From an uncultured Candidatus Saccharibacteria bacterium (GTDB taxonomy: Bacteria; Patescibacteriota; Saccharimonadia; Saccharimonadales; CAZNVG01): 64,000 nucleotides of DNA. The notes beneath the pieces are model-generated. The model did no database searches, was not told the origin of the DNA, and saw only the letters and a list, made by a program, of their open reading frames with translations. Below, in pieces: positions 43,662 through 53,834 of the stretch. The translations under genes were made by a program, and so were the position numbers. Position 1 is the stretch's first letter; each line of letters starts with the position of its first letter. The stretch spans positions 163 to 64,162 of the forward strand of contig CAYYKI010000002.1 of the NCBI GenBank assembly GCA_964440975.1, given 5' to 3'.

Positions 43662-46292
43662 TTATCGACGCTTACGATTCTGACGCTGATTCTTTCGACT
43701 CTTACGCTTAGCGGTTTTGCCTTTGTGTGCCTTGGTTGCGGCTGGTGACTTGGCTGGCTTACTTTGATCTGTGTCTTCATTTAGAAACTCAGCAGTATGG
43801 TCTGCCTCTATTACCTTGTCGGCATTGTCAACCGAGCCTTTTGCTGCTCGAGTGAGTTCAGTATCCTTAAGTTCATCCGTCACGCGTACCGTTGGTTCAG
43901 CATGCAACACTCCGCGAACAACTTCATGGCGAATATTATCCTGCATTGTATCGAAAAGGTTCTGCCCTTCGCGACGATACTCAACGAGCGGATCACGTTG
44001 GCCAACGCTTCGCCAGTTTATGCCCTCGCGCAAATGCTGCATATTTTCTAGATGCTGCATCCATAACGTATCGAGCACCTGTAGGTATATATCACGCTCC
44101 ACCTGGTGAAAAATATCTTCAGTGAATATTTTGAGCTGATCTTTGTACAGCCTAACAGCTGCTCGCTCAATAATGTCCTGGCGTTCAAAAAAGGTCTTGG
44201 CCGCAATAACTTTATCCAACTGTTTGTCAGACATCGGTATCAAGGCGTGAATCTCGGCTTTGAGTTCCAGCTTATCCCTATGATCCAATCGGGCAACAAA
44301 CTTGGCCTCATCTTTTATCATATCCGTGATGACATTGCTTATGTCTGCCTTAAGCAATAGTTCGCGGCGGCGAGTATAGGTTGCTTTTCGATGGCGGTTC
44401 ATTACATCGTCGTATTGAACAACGTTCTTACGAATATCAAAGTTAAATCCTTCAACCTTCTTTTGAGCTGCCTCAAGAGCCCGAGAGACTGCGCGGTTCT
44501 CTATTGGCGTATCATCGTCTACGCCAAGCCGGTCCATAAGCGCACTTATTCTTTCTCCAGCAAAAATTCGCATCAAATCATCTTCACATGACACAAAAAA
44601 CTGCGTCATTCCAGGATCGCCTTGTCGACCAGACCGGCCACGCAGCTGGTTGTCGATACGCCGAGACTCGTGACGCTCACTACCAAGCACAAACAGTCCT
44701 CCCAAATCAACAACACCTTTAGCCAAAACAATATCAGTTCCACGACCTGCAATATTTGTCGCTAATGTAACTGCACCCTTTTCTCCAGCTCGAGCAACAA
44801 TGCCTGCTTCACGCTCATTGTTTTTAGCGTTTAGCACTTCATACGGAATCCCTGCCTTTTTAAGCATTTTGCCAAGCAGTTCGTTCTTTTCAATTGAGAC
44901 AGTTCCAATGAGCACTGGCTGACCCTTATGGTGCAACTCCCGCACCGTCTCAACGATAGCTTTGAACTTGCCCGCTTCGGTTTTATAAATCTTATCTGTC
45001 TTATCAATGCGTGCAATCGGCTTATTGGTTGGAACCTCTACAACATCTAGCTTATAAATTTGATGAAATTCTTCACTCTCAGTTGACGCCGTACCCGTCA
45101 TACCCGACAGTTTATTGTATAGACGGAAATAATTCTGGAAGCTAATTGTTGCCAATGTCATCGACTCTTCTTGAACTTTTACGTGCTCTTTTGCTTCTAT
45201 AGCTTGATGAAGCCCTTCATTGTATCGCCGTCCATGCATAAGTCGCCCAGTAAATTCATCGACTATGATCACCTCACCGTCGCGTGTTACGACGTAGTCC
45301 TTATCTTTTTTAAACAAGCCCTCTGCCTTTAGCGCCTGATCGAGATGGTATATGAGCTTTACGTTTTCGGGTGCATACAAGTTTTCTAAGCCTAATACTT
45401 TCTCAACTTTTTCTGCCCCTTCGTCAGTCAATGTCACTGCACGTTGTTTTTCGTCTACCACATAATCCTCGTCTTGCTTCAGAGCACTAACGACTGAAGA
45501 AAACTGACTATAGCTCGCATTACTATCTGAAGCTGGTGCGGAAATAATCAGCGGTGTGCGTGCTTCGTCGATAAGAATCGAGTCTGCCTCGTCAACGATT
45601 GCAAAATGCAAATCTCGTTGCCGTAGCTGTTCTGGATCGCTCACCATGTTATCGCGCAAATAATCAAAGCCATACTCGTTATTAGTACCGTAGGTTATGT
45701 CTGCAGCGTAGGCCTCTTTACGGGTAGCGGGTTTTAAATGACGGAACCGCTCGTCTTCGTGCTCTTCATTGGTGTATTTTGGATCATATATAAATGACTC
45801 ATCTGCGATAATCGCACCTGTTGATAGTCCTAAGGCGTGGTAAATTTGCCCCATCCAGCCTGCATCACGCTGTGCAAGGTAGTCGTTCACGGTCACAAAG
45901 TGAGCTCCTTTTCCTTGGAGAGCATTCAAATAAATAGGCAGGGTGGCCACCAGTGTTTTTCCTTCACCAGTTTTCATTTCTGCAATTGCACCTTCGTGCA
46001 AAATCATGCCACCAATCAATTGAACATCAAAATGGGTTTGGCCAATTGTACGGGTAGCAGCTTCGCGCACAGCCGCAAATGCTTCAGGAAGCAGATCATC
46101 TAGCTTGACGCCTTTTTTCTCTAATCTTTTTTTAAACTCTATGGTTTTTTCTTTCAACTGCTTATCTGTCAATTTTTTATATTCTGCAGCAAAAGCATTC
46201 ACCAACTTAACCTTCTTGCGAAGTCGTTTGATGGTTTGAATCTGTGGATCCCCTAATACACGACGAACGAACCGTTTCACAATTCTCCTCAC
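43662..46292 (-). CDS. secA: Preprotein translocase ATPase SecA
   Basis: 876 aa with Walker A MKTGEGKTLV and DEADSILIDEARTPLII. The C-terminus is a basic tail with no Cys-rich zinc finger. Confidence 0.95.
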   Translation of the reverse strand: MRRIVKRFVRRVLGDPQIQTIKRLRKKVKLVNAFAAEYKKLTDKQLKEKTIEFKKRLEKKGVKLDDLLPEAFAAVREAATRTIGQTHFDVQLIGGMILHEGAIAEMKTGEGKTLVATLPIYLNALQGKGAHFVTVNDYLAQRDAGWMGQIYHALGLSTGAIIADESFIYDPKYTNEEHEDERFRHLKPATRKEAYAADITYGTNNEYGFDYLRDNMVSDPEQLRQRDLHFAIVDEADSILIDEARTPLIISAPASDSNASYSQFSSVVSALKQDEDYVVDEKQRAVTLTDEGAEKVEKVLGLENLYAPENVKLIYHLDQALKAEGLFKKDKDYVVTRDGEVIIVDEFTGRLMHGRRYNEGLHQAIEAKEHVKVQEESMTLATISFQNYFRLYNKLSGMTGTASTESEEFHQIYKLDVVEVPTNKPIARIDKTDKIYKTEAGKFKAIVETVRELHHKGQPVLIGTVSIEKNELLGKMLKKAGIPYEVLNAKNNEREAGIVARAGEKGAVTLATNIAGRGTDIVLAKGVVDLGGLFVLGSERHESRRIDNQLRGRSGRQGDPGMTQFFVSCEDDLMRIFAGERISALMDRLGVDDDTPIENRAVSRALEAAQKKVEGFNFDIRKNVVQYDDVMNRHRKATYTRRRELLLKADISNVITDMIKDEAKFVARLDHRDKLELKAEIHALIPMSDKQLDKVIAAKTFFERQDIIERAAVRLYKDQLKIFTEDIFHQVERDIYLQVLDTLWMQHLENMQHLREGINWRSVGQRDPLVEYRREGQNLFDTMQDNIRHEVVRGVLHAEPTVRVTDELKDTELTRAAKGSVDNADKVIEADHTAEFLNEDTDQSKPAKSPAATKAHKGKTAKRKSRKNQRQNRKRR

Positions 46293-46338
46293 TCCCTTCT
46301 CTCAGACGTTACAGAATCTCTTTGGTACTCAGTCTAGT

Positions 46339-46719
46339 TTACCCGCGTCGGGTAGCCTGAGCAAGCTTCTTCAGTCTTCCTAGTATTCTCGGGCGACGCT
46401 GGGTGTGGTCGGTTGACTTCTCTTTGGCCTTTTTGAGCTGACTTTGCAATTTTGCTTCGACAATATCAATGGCGGCATAGATGTTCATCGTAGAATCCTT
46501 TGCGGCAATTCGACCTTTGGGAATATGTAGTATAACTTCCGCAGTGTACTGGCTCTTATCCTTAGCTTTCGATTGCTTTAAGAATACTTCGGCATGAGCA
46601 CTCTTACGAGCGTGTGCGTGCATGTATTTATCAAGACGTCCGATCTTTTTTTGCACATACTTTCTGACGTCATCATCCGCCTCATAATGCTGTGTATTGA
46701 TCTCTAATCGATCTATCAT
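46339..46719 (-). CDS. hpf: Ribosome hibernation promoting factor (short HPF/RaiA type)
   Basis: 126 aa: VRKYVQKKIGRLDKYMH...YTAEVILHIPKGRIAAKDSTMNIYAAIDIVEAKLQSQLKK. Confidence 0.85.
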   Translation of the reverse strand: MIDRLEINTQHYEADDDVRKYVQKKIGRLDKYMHAHARKSAHAEVFLKQSKAKDKSQYTAEVILHIPKGRIAAKDSTMNIYAAIDIVEAKLQSQLKKAKEKSTDHTQRRPRILGRLKKLAQATRRG

Positions 46720-48011
46720 ATTACCTCCCTATTACCCATGAATGGTTGTAGTACTTTTGGTATCCGTACATCACCCTCTTTAGTTTGAAAGTTTTCAATG
46801 ATGCCAATCAATGGTCGCTCTGAGAATGCTGTTGCATCATTTGTGTGAGCAAATTCGATACTACCGTCTTCCATACGAACCCTGGTGCCCATTCCGCGAG
46901 TTTGAAAATCAGTTATTAGGTCGGCGGTGTGCGTTTCTCGGTACTTATTTTGGGCCGGCAACCAAACATCAACATCGACACCACGAGCATTAGGCTTACC
47001 AATATCAGCGGTGCACTTTAGGAGCACCCTATATGGCAAACCGAGTTGCTGCATTAGATATTCTTGCAATGCCACCATAAGATGGTGCTCATCGAGTGAC
47101 GTTTTAGCGGTGCTAAATGTTTCCATTTCAAGCTTGTTAAACTGATGGAGCCGAAGTATTCCTTCCATATCCTTTCCGTATGTACCAGCTTCACGACGAA
47201 AAGCCGTTGTATACCCTACATACCGAATTGGCAAATCTTTAGCAGAAAGTATTTCACCGTGATACATAGGCGCAAGGGTATGCTCAGCACTAGCATTCAG
47301 CCACAAGTCATCGTCAGCCAATTTATAGGTCTGCTCTTCTCCATTCAGACGTCCGGTAGATTCGTAAATTTGGGTATTTGCCATTGCTGGCGGCAATACC
47401 GGAATAAATGGTTTGGCTTCAATCGCCAGATCGTTATCCTTTATAAGTTTTGCAATCACCTTTTCATCGGTCAGTATTCCGAGCGCAAACTGCCAAAGTG
47501 CAAATTCAAGCAACACAAGGTCGCCCTTTAGGTAGACGAATCGACTCGCAGCAACTTTTGCAGCTCGCTCTTTATCGATCCAGCCCTTTAGTTGCCCTAT
47601 TTCCCAGTGTGACTTTGGATCAAAATCGAACACAGGTTTGTCGCCGACTGTTTTGATTACGACATTTTCTGATTCACTTGAACCAACGGGCACATCAGGA
47701 GCTGGTATGTTTGGGATCTGATTGAGAAGTCTACTGTATTCATCTTCTGTGCCGCGGAGCTTTGCTTCGAGCGCGTCGATCTCTTCTCTTAAATACCGGC
47801 CTTTTTGTATTTGCTCATCACTCGGACGTTTGCCCTTTCCAGCACTGATCAACTGATTACGCTCTTGGCGCTTGACTTCAGTATCACGCTGTATGCTTCG
47901 ACGCTCTTCGTCCAACGCCAATAACCGTACGACATCAACGACATCACCTTTTTGCATGGAAAATTCCGTGACTCGATCGGGGTTCTCGCGAACATATTGA
48001 ATATCAATCAT
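46716..48011 (-). CDS. serS: Serine--tRNA ligase
   Basis: 431 aa with an N-terminal coiled-coil arm, class II motif 2 FRREAGTYGKD and the motif 3 region ERPLIGIIENFQ. Confidence 0.95.
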   Translation of the reverse strand: MIDIQYVRENPDRVTEFSMQKGDVVDVVRLLALDEERRSIQRDTEVKRQERNQLISAGKGKRPSDEQIQKGRYLREEIDALEAKLRGTEDEYSRLLNQIPNIPAPDVPVGSSESENVVIKTVGDKPVFDFDPKSHWEIGQLKGWIDKERAAKVAASRFVYLKGDLVLLEFALWQFALGILTDEKVIAKLIKDNDLAIEAKPFIPVLPPAMANTQIYESTGRLNGEEQTYKLADDDLWLNASAEHTLAPMYHGEILSAKDLPIRYVGYTTAFRREAGTYGKDMEGILRLHQFNKLEMETFSTAKTSLDEHHLMVALQEYLMQQLGLPYRVLLKCTADIGKPNARGVDVDVWLPAQNKYRETHTADLITDFQTRGMGTRVRMEDGSIEFAHTNDATAFSERPLIGIIENFQTKEGDVRIPKVLQPFMGNREVI

Positions 48012-48055
48012 TGTATATAGTATACCTCGCTTTTAAAGTAGCTGAATGGTTTTGA

Positions 48056-48778
48056 CTAGACTTTATCGGACAGCCAATCTATTAGCATTTTCTCGTACGC
48101 TAGCTGTTGTTCCTTGGTCGCTGATTTAAGCGAATGGGCAACTCCAGCAAATAATACATATTCGGAACCAGTTAATTTTTTATGCAAGGTTTGTGGCAAT
48201 ACAGATGGAATCTCCGCGTCATTTTCGTGTTCAACAATAAGCAACGGCGCAGTGTTGCCTTTAGCACGCTCAACAAGTGGATGGGCGATAATATCTGCAG
48301 GATGGTCTTGCCAATGCAAGTTGCTTGGCCGGTCTATGAGCTCCCAGTGAGTGTAAAAACTACTTGGTCGCAGTAATGCCGGTACCCGTAATATACCTGC
48401 CCTTACTTGTCTGTACTTAAGAAGTTCGAGCAGCATATACGAGCCATAGCTCCCACCAATAACTACTCCACCACTACAACCATATTGTGCACAAAGCTGA
48501 TCATACACAGAAACAACTTCTAACATGTGCTGTGCAGCGGTTGTAGTGCGGATGTCAAAGGGCGCCTCACCGTGCCCAGCGTAATCAAAGCAAAATACCG
48601 GAACATTTAGTTCCACTGCAAGATGCTTAAGAGTTGCAGTATGTCGATCCTTGCTCGAACCGCCGCCATATAGCCAAAGAATAAAACCCATATTTGCAGC
48701 TTCTGGCACAAAGGATATTGCCGGAAGTTTGTAATCCAAAACCGAAAAGCTAATATCTTGCTTTGCTACATTAGCCAT
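48056..48778 (-). CDS. Alpha/beta-fold hydrolase (dienelactone hydrolase/S9-like)
   Basis: 240 aa with the nucleophile elbow GGSYGSYM and a distal His (GVAHSL). Confidence 0.6.
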   Translation of the reverse strand: MANVAKQDISFSVLDYKLPAISFVPEAANMGFILWLYGGGSSKDRHTATLKHLAVELNVPVFCFDYAGHGEAPFDIRTTTAAQHMLEVVSVYDQLCAQYGCSGGVVIGGSYGSYMLLELLKYRQVRAGILRVPALLRPSSFYTHWELIDRPSNLHWQDHPADIIAHPLVERAKGNTAPLLIVEHENDAEIPSVLPQTLHKKLTGSEYVLFAGVAHSLKSATKEQQLAYEKMLIDWLSDKV

Positions 48779-50300
48779 CTAATCGAAGTCTGCTTAACAA
48801 CCAATCTCGAGGCAAAATCGATAGAAACCAACCTGCGCGAGGACCCGAATCTCGTCCTATAAGCACTTGGTATAACGTGGCAAACATAGCTTTAGGGTCT
48901 AATTCGCTTGAATCTTTGAGTTCATATATAGCGGCGTGGAACCATGCGCCATCTGCATCATCGGGAGCCCCTTCTATAGCTAGGCCAAGGTTATGTAAGA
49001 ATGTCTTCTGTTTCTGGCTCAAATCCTTAGGAACCTCATCGCTTAGCTTAAAGCGCAAATCTTCTGGCGCCCAATTATCCAACCACCGGTCAACATATGA
49101 GAGCTCCCTAACAATTGTCTCTCGTTGTTCATTTGCAGTCTTTGCGTGTTCGGTACGAGAGATGACCTCCAATGTCTTGTCGACATTACGCAACGAAGCT
49201 TGATAGCTGGCCACCAAATGCGAAAATGGCACGTTGCTGATAGTGTTTTCTGTGATCGTGCTTGTGCATACGTATAGCAGCAACTCGTCATCATCGGTTT
49301 TTTGCGGCTTTGCCAACAGCTCGGCATACTCGTCGATAAGACGAACGATGCCATCTGTTTGATCAAAGAAAAGCTGCTTATTTGCCGGATATCTTAGCAC
49401 AAAATATCTCACAATTTCTGGTGGCAATACTTCTAGTAGCTCAGAAATAGTAACGGTGTTACCGGCACTCTTACTCATTTTTTTGGTTTCACCGGCGCGA
49501 TTAATGAACTCATAGGGTACGGGATATGGGGCCTCTCCACCAAGCACGCGTTCAATGATAGCCTTGCCAGTGTCATAACTGCCGCCCTTTGAAGCATGGT
49601 CTCGCCCAAAGGGTTCAATGTCTACTTTTAGCTGCCACCATCGTGCAGGCCAATCAATGCGCCAATCAAGTTTAACTTCACCCTTATCATAGGCAATTGT
49701 TTGCTCGTTACCATCGGCGTCTAGGTACACTAGTGTTTTATTATCTTTATCCAATCGTACGAACGGGCGCTTTTTTAAGTAGCCATTTTGATTAACTTGT
49801 ATCGGTGACCAGTCATCTCCGAGACTTCGCCCCGCAACTTCTTCGAGGCAAGCTTTGAGGCCTGCGATGTTTTCTAGACTCTTTTCAATGGAAGGAATGA
49901 AGTAGCCCTCTCGATATTTTTCATGACTACGCACCACTTCCATATCAATACCGAGAACTTTGACATTACTTGCAAAGTCATCGAGATAATAATTGGCGTA
50001 TGAATCTGCACTCGGGTCAGGTGATGGTACGTCACACACCGGTTTCCCCAAGTACTGCGAAAACTCTTCAGGCACGCCGGCGGGCACTTTCCGTAGGCCA
50101 TCAAGGTCGTCAACAAAATGAACGTGCCGCACTTTTCTACCTCGTCTCCTCAGCTCCATGAGTGCTGCATCCGCGGTCAATACCTCTCGAAGCGTTCCAA
50201 TGTGGTATTTACCAGATGGCGAAACCCCCGAAGATACCAATAACTCACCTTCCGGGTGAGTGATCTCAACTTGATCACAAATTTGTTTAAGCCACTGCAT
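48771..50300 (-). CDS. lysS: Lysine--tRNA ligase, class I
   Basis: 509 aa. It has a HIGH-like motif (SGKYHIGTLRE) and KMSKSAGN. The class I architecture differs from the usual bacterial class II enzyme. Confidence 0.9.
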   Translation of the reverse strand: MQWLKQICDQVEITHPEGELLVSSGVSPSGKYHIGTLREVLTADAALMELRRRGRKVRHVHFVDDLDGLRKVPAGVPEEFSQYLGKPVCDVPSPDPSADSYANYYLDDFASNVKVLGIDMEVVRSHEKYREGYFIPSIEKSLENIAGLKACLEEVAGRSLGDDWSPIQVNQNGYLKKRPFVRLDKDNKTLVYLDADGNEQTIAYDKGEVKLDWRIDWPARWWQLKVDIEPFGRDHASKGGSYDTGKAIIERVLGGEAPYPVPYEFINRAGETKKMSKSAGNTVTISELLEVLPPEIVRYFVLRYPANKQLFFDQTDGIVRLIDEYAELLAKPQKTDDDELLLYVCTSTITENTISNVPFSHLVASYQASLRNVDKTLEVISRTEHAKTANEQRETIVRELSYVDRWLDNWAPEDLRFKLSDEVPKDLSQKQKTFLHNLGLAIEGAPDDADGAWFHAAIYELKDSSELDPKAMFATLYQVLIGRDSGPRAGWFLSILPRDWLLSRLRLDG

Positions 50301-50341
50301 AGCAATATTCTATCAAATGAGCTAGCCTTTACACAGGCAGG

Positions 50342-50800
50342 CTAACTGATTGACCGTACCTTATACACCGCAGTTTCCGAAGGTGTAACAATTTCTACGG
50401 AATCCCCGACTGTCTTACCCATCAGCGCTTTGCCAATAGGCGATTCGTCGGATATTTTTCCTTCGAGCGGGTCTGCTTCAACTGTACCGACGATAGAGAA
50501 TTGCAATGTTTTTCCGCTATCGCTTTTAAGTGACACAGCAGCCCCTAGTCGAACCGAGTTTGCCTTGCTACCCTTTATTATTTCTGAATTTTGAACAATG
50601 TGCTCAATCTCACTAATACGGCTTTCGATACGTTCCAAATCTCGTCGAGCTGCATCATATTCAGCGTTTTCAGCTAAGTCACCAAAACCTCGGGCAGTCT
50701 TTAGTCGCTCTGCTGCAGGGGCGCGCTGGTCCTTAAGTTGCACAAGTTCGTTTTCGAGCTCTTGTTTTCCTTCAGCGGTTAAGTGAAATGCTTTTTTCAT
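50342..50800 (-). CDS. greA: Transcription elongation factor GreA
   Basis: 152 aa with an N-terminal coiled coil carrying the acidic tip (GDLAENAEYDAA) and a C-terminal FKBP-like domain. Confidence 0.9.
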   Translation of the reverse strand: MKKAFHLTAEGKQELENELVQLKDQRAPAAERLKTARGFGDLAENAEYDAARRDLERIESRISEIEHIVQNSEIIKGSKANSVRLGAAVSLKSDSGKTLQFSIVGTVEADPLEGKISDESPIGKALMGKTVGDSVEIVTPSETAVYKVRSIS

Positions 50801-50840
50801 CGTTAACTTCCCCTTTGGTCGACATTACCTGTCACTTGTT

Positions 50841-50869
50841 TAATAAAGAAGGCGCGCTTCCGGCCTTCT
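50841..50869 (-). terminator. Terminator-like hairpin between mrdA and greA
   Basis: On the minus strand, AGAAGGC...GCCTTCT forms a 7-bp stem followed by TTATTA. The U-tract is weak. Confidence 0.4.
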
Positions 50870-50894
50870 GTTGCCGGTAGTATAGACGACCAAA

Positions 50895-52769
50895 TTATGG
50901 TTGTCTACCTTTAAAATAGGTAGCGTAAAAATCTGCGATAGCGGGCGCAGAATAGCTGACACCCTCTCTTCCTTCTTCTATTAAAACGGTTGTAAGAACT
51001 TCAGGCTTCTCATATGGAGCGAAAGCCGTATACCAGGAATGCGGAGGCTTACCGCCCGGGCTATTGGTTTCAGCCGTACCGCTTTTTGCAGCCACATGCA
51101 CCGGTACTCTACTAAACATGCTCTGTGGCGTCGTACCTCGAACAATAGTCTGACGCATGCCTTCACGCACAACTGCAAAATGTTCGTGATTTATTGGTAT
51201 TTCACGCCGAATAACTATCGATTCATCCAAGCTAATGCGTGGTCGATACAACTTCCCGCTATTAGTTATAGCAGCTTCGGCGAGGGTGATCTGCAATGGC
51301 GAAACAGACATATCCCCTTGCCCGATTGAGATATTGTATGTATCACCCACAAACCAGTCTTCGCCATAGGCTTGCTGTTTCCAAGCAGGATCTGGAACTC
51401 TTCCTGGCTGCTCATTGGGTAGGTTTATTCCAGACAATTCTCCAAGGCCAAAAAGTCGGTAATATTTAGTAAGCCTGCTAACACCAAGGCCAGGCTGGCT
51501 CTCATAGCCGCCACCCACTGTGTAAAAGTAGATATTTGAGCTAAAGGCTATCGCCGATCGCACTTGCATTGCGCCAAGTCCTGCCAAATTCCATCCGTTA
51601 TAACGATACCGCACAGCGCTATCGAATTGGCTTTGAAGCTCTATGTAACCCCGATCGACAATTGTAGTTTCCGGCGTAACAATCCTTTCTTGTAAGGCTG
51701 CACTCGCAACCAGTGGCTTGATAATTGAACCCGTGGCGTATCCATTACTCAAAACTTTATTCAAAAGTGGCTGCATCGGGTCTTTTTGAAGCTGGTTGTA
51801 TCGCTCCTGAGAAATTCCATCCACAAATTCATTATTATCGTATGCCGGCAAGCTTACCATTGCTAGAACATCTCCATTATTTGGGTCAATCGCGACGCTC
51901 GCGGCACGAGTACTCTTAGCTTTTTGCATTTGTGCGAGGGTTGATTCGTACAAGGCTTTTTGCATAGAGACATCAATGGTTAATTTGAGATCCTTGCCAA
52001 CGACTGGCTGCTGCTTGGCTATTAAGCTTATGGGTCGTGAAGTAGCATCTACCTCTATTTTCTCCCTCCCATTAGTGCCCCGAAGCTGTGTATCAAAAGC
52101 AGACTCCACCCCGGCCTGCCCAACACGATCGGTTGGAAGTAGAGTTTTCGCGACATCCTGCTGTAAATTCTCGGGCGTCACCAATCCGGTGTATCCGAGT
52201 ACGTGAGCCAAGCCATAATCGGACACATAACGCCGCGATGGTACGTCCTCTAGAATAAAGGCCGAAGATGTCGATATTGCTGACTCGAGCTGAACAGTTG
52301 TTGACTGATCAAGTTTCGTAGCCAAAACATGCGCGTTGATATCGGATGGGTTAAGTTTATCTAACTCACTCGTCAGCGATGCTTCCGTGCGCTTAAGAAT
52401 TGCAGCGATTTTTGATATTTCTTGCTTTCGTTCAAGCTGAGGTTCTTTTAACAAGTATGGAAATACTACCAGTTGAGAGGTCACTGTATTCTCCGCAAGT
52501 ACTACTCCATTTCTGTCTTTTATCTGTCCTCGCGGAGCGTATATTACACGTTCACGGAGTCTATTTCCGTTCGCGAGTGACCTATAGCGAGCACCATCTA
52601 ATACCTGAATCTTGTATAGCTGTAGCAATACAAGCAGAAACCAAACGATCACCAAGATACCTATCGGTAGTATGTTGGGACGAGCAATACTGCTCCGCCT
52701 TTGCAAGACCCTACCTGGGCGAAGGACACCTAACCACTCTGTGGCGACGTTGTTTCTACGTTTTGGCAT
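50895..52769 (-). CDS. mrdA: Elongation-type class B penicillin-binding protein (PBP2/MrdA)
   Basis: 624 aa with SxxK (TGSIIKP), SxN (FSSNIYF) and KSG (AKSGTAE) motifs. It lies directly downstream of mreBCD. Confidence 0.9.
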   Translation of the reverse strand: MPKRRNNVATEWLGVLRPGRVLQRRSSIARPNILPIGILVIVWFLLVLLQLYKIQVLDGARYRSLANGNRLRERVIYAPRGQIKDRNGVVLAENTVTSQLVVFPYLLKEPQLERKQEISKIAAILKRTEASLTSELDKLNPSDINAHVLATKLDQSTTVQLESAISTSSAFILEDVPSRRYVSDYGLAHVLGYTGLVTPENLQQDVAKTLLPTDRVGQAGVESAFDTQLRGTNGREKIEVDATSRPISLIAKQQPVVGKDLKLTIDVSMQKALYESTLAQMQKAKSTRAASVAIDPNNGDVLAMVSLPAYDNNEFVDGISQERYNQLQKDPMQPLLNKVLSNGYATGSIIKPLVASAALQERIVTPETTIVDRGYIELQSQFDSAVRYRYNGWNLAGLGAMQVRSAIAFSSNIYFYTVGGGYESQPGLGVSRLTKYYRLFGLGELSGINLPNEQPGRVPDPAWKQQAYGEDWFVGDTYNISIGQGDMSVSPLQITLAEAAITNSGKLYRPRISLDESIVIRREIPINHEHFAVVREGMRQTIVRGTTPQSMFSRVPVHVAAKSGTAETNSPGGKPPHSWYTAFAPYEKPEVLTTVLIEEGREGVSYSAPAIADFYATYFKGRQP

Positions 52770-53160
52770 GCCCTTTTCCTGACAACCAAATGAACGCTAT
52801 TGTAATGAGCAACGCCATTACATGGCGGACGACAAATGCATACGTATTATCAGCGAGCAGGTCAAGCGAAGTGGCAGTTATGAATAATAGTTGAGCACCA
52901 CAAAGCGCAACTACCTTGAATAGCCGTCGCTCGTCGTCAACTTTAATACTCACGAGCACTAGCACATAGGTTAGCAATAGGAGTAGCGGGCTGTAACTAG
53001 ACAGGGTCAGTGCATCCGCAACTGCTAACGTAGTCAGCGCGACAACCATTGTTGTTATTGTACATGGCATTATGAAGCATATGATTGGCAACGATAGATA
53101 GGTACTCCAGCCAGCTAAGTGCAAAATAATACTTAACACAAAGGTCGATATCCAAATCAT
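52756..53160 (-). CDS. mreD: Rod shape-determining protein MreD-like membrane protein
   Basis: 134 aa and polytopic. The call rests mainly on its position between mreC and mrdA, with 4-nt and 14-nt overlaps. Confidence 0.55.
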   Translation of the reverse strand: MIWISTFVLSIILHLAGWSTYLSLPIICFIMPCTITTMVVALTTLAVADALTLSSYSPLLLLLTYVLVLVSIKVDDERRLFKVVALCGAQLLFITATSLDLLADNTYAFVVRHVMALLITIAFIWLSGKGHAKT

Positions 53161-53834
53161 TTTAGCCCCATCACAACGTACAGGGAGCCAATGTACTCTT
53201 CTCGAACCGGTCTATCCAGCTGAAATCTTTTCAACACCAATTGCTCCTCCGGCTGCAATTGTGTCGTCAGCCTTCCTATGGGGATGTTGGCAATAGCCTC
53301 TCCATCCCCATAGCTATATACTGTGCGCCCACCCAAATCGGATATCGGAGGGATCCTATCCACTACAATATTATTGTTCGAGCCTTTCAGTACCGATTGA
53401 CCCTGAACGCCGTCTATTGTAACTGCCATTCTAAACGTTGGGTCACTTACTAAATGTAGTACGCCTGTTTCTTGCTTAACGTCTAGGACCACCCCCACTA
53501 GATATCCCTCACTCACAATCAGCTGCCCTTTAGCTACACCGTCTTTAGTGCCCTTGTTTATTATAAGCCGCCTTCGGTAGGGATTAATCTCCCTTTTGAC
53601 CACTTTCGCCGCCATAGCATTAATTCTTAGGTCATCGAATAGCGTCTGACTTTTGCTATCCGTCTGCTGAGGCGCTGGGGCCATGTTCGAATCAGACGGC
53701 CGATTCATTCCCACCGGAAAAGCTATTGTTCTGACTATAAATCGGCCCAATGGGTTATCGCCATGCTGAAAAACCATAATACTTGCTACTACCATAAATA
53801 CAACTAACAACGGGTTGTTTTTAACAAACCTCAA
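53157..53834 (-). CDS. mreC: Rod shape-determining protein MreC
   Basis: 225 aa with an N-terminal TM and beta-rich domains (GQLIVSEGYLVGVVLDV). It sits in the canonical position after mreB. Confidence 0.75.
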   Translation of the reverse strand: MRFVKNNPLLVVFMVVASIMVFQHGDNPLGRFIVRTIAFPVGMNRPSDSNMAPAPQQTDSKSQTLFDDLRINAMAAKVVKREINPYRRRLIINKGTKDGVAKGQLIVSEGYLVGVVLDVKQETGVLHLVSDPTFRMAVTIDGVQGQSVLKGSNNNIVVDRIPPISDLGGRTVYSYGDGEAIANIPIGRLTTQLQPEEQLVLKRFQLDRPVREEYIGSLYVVMGLK

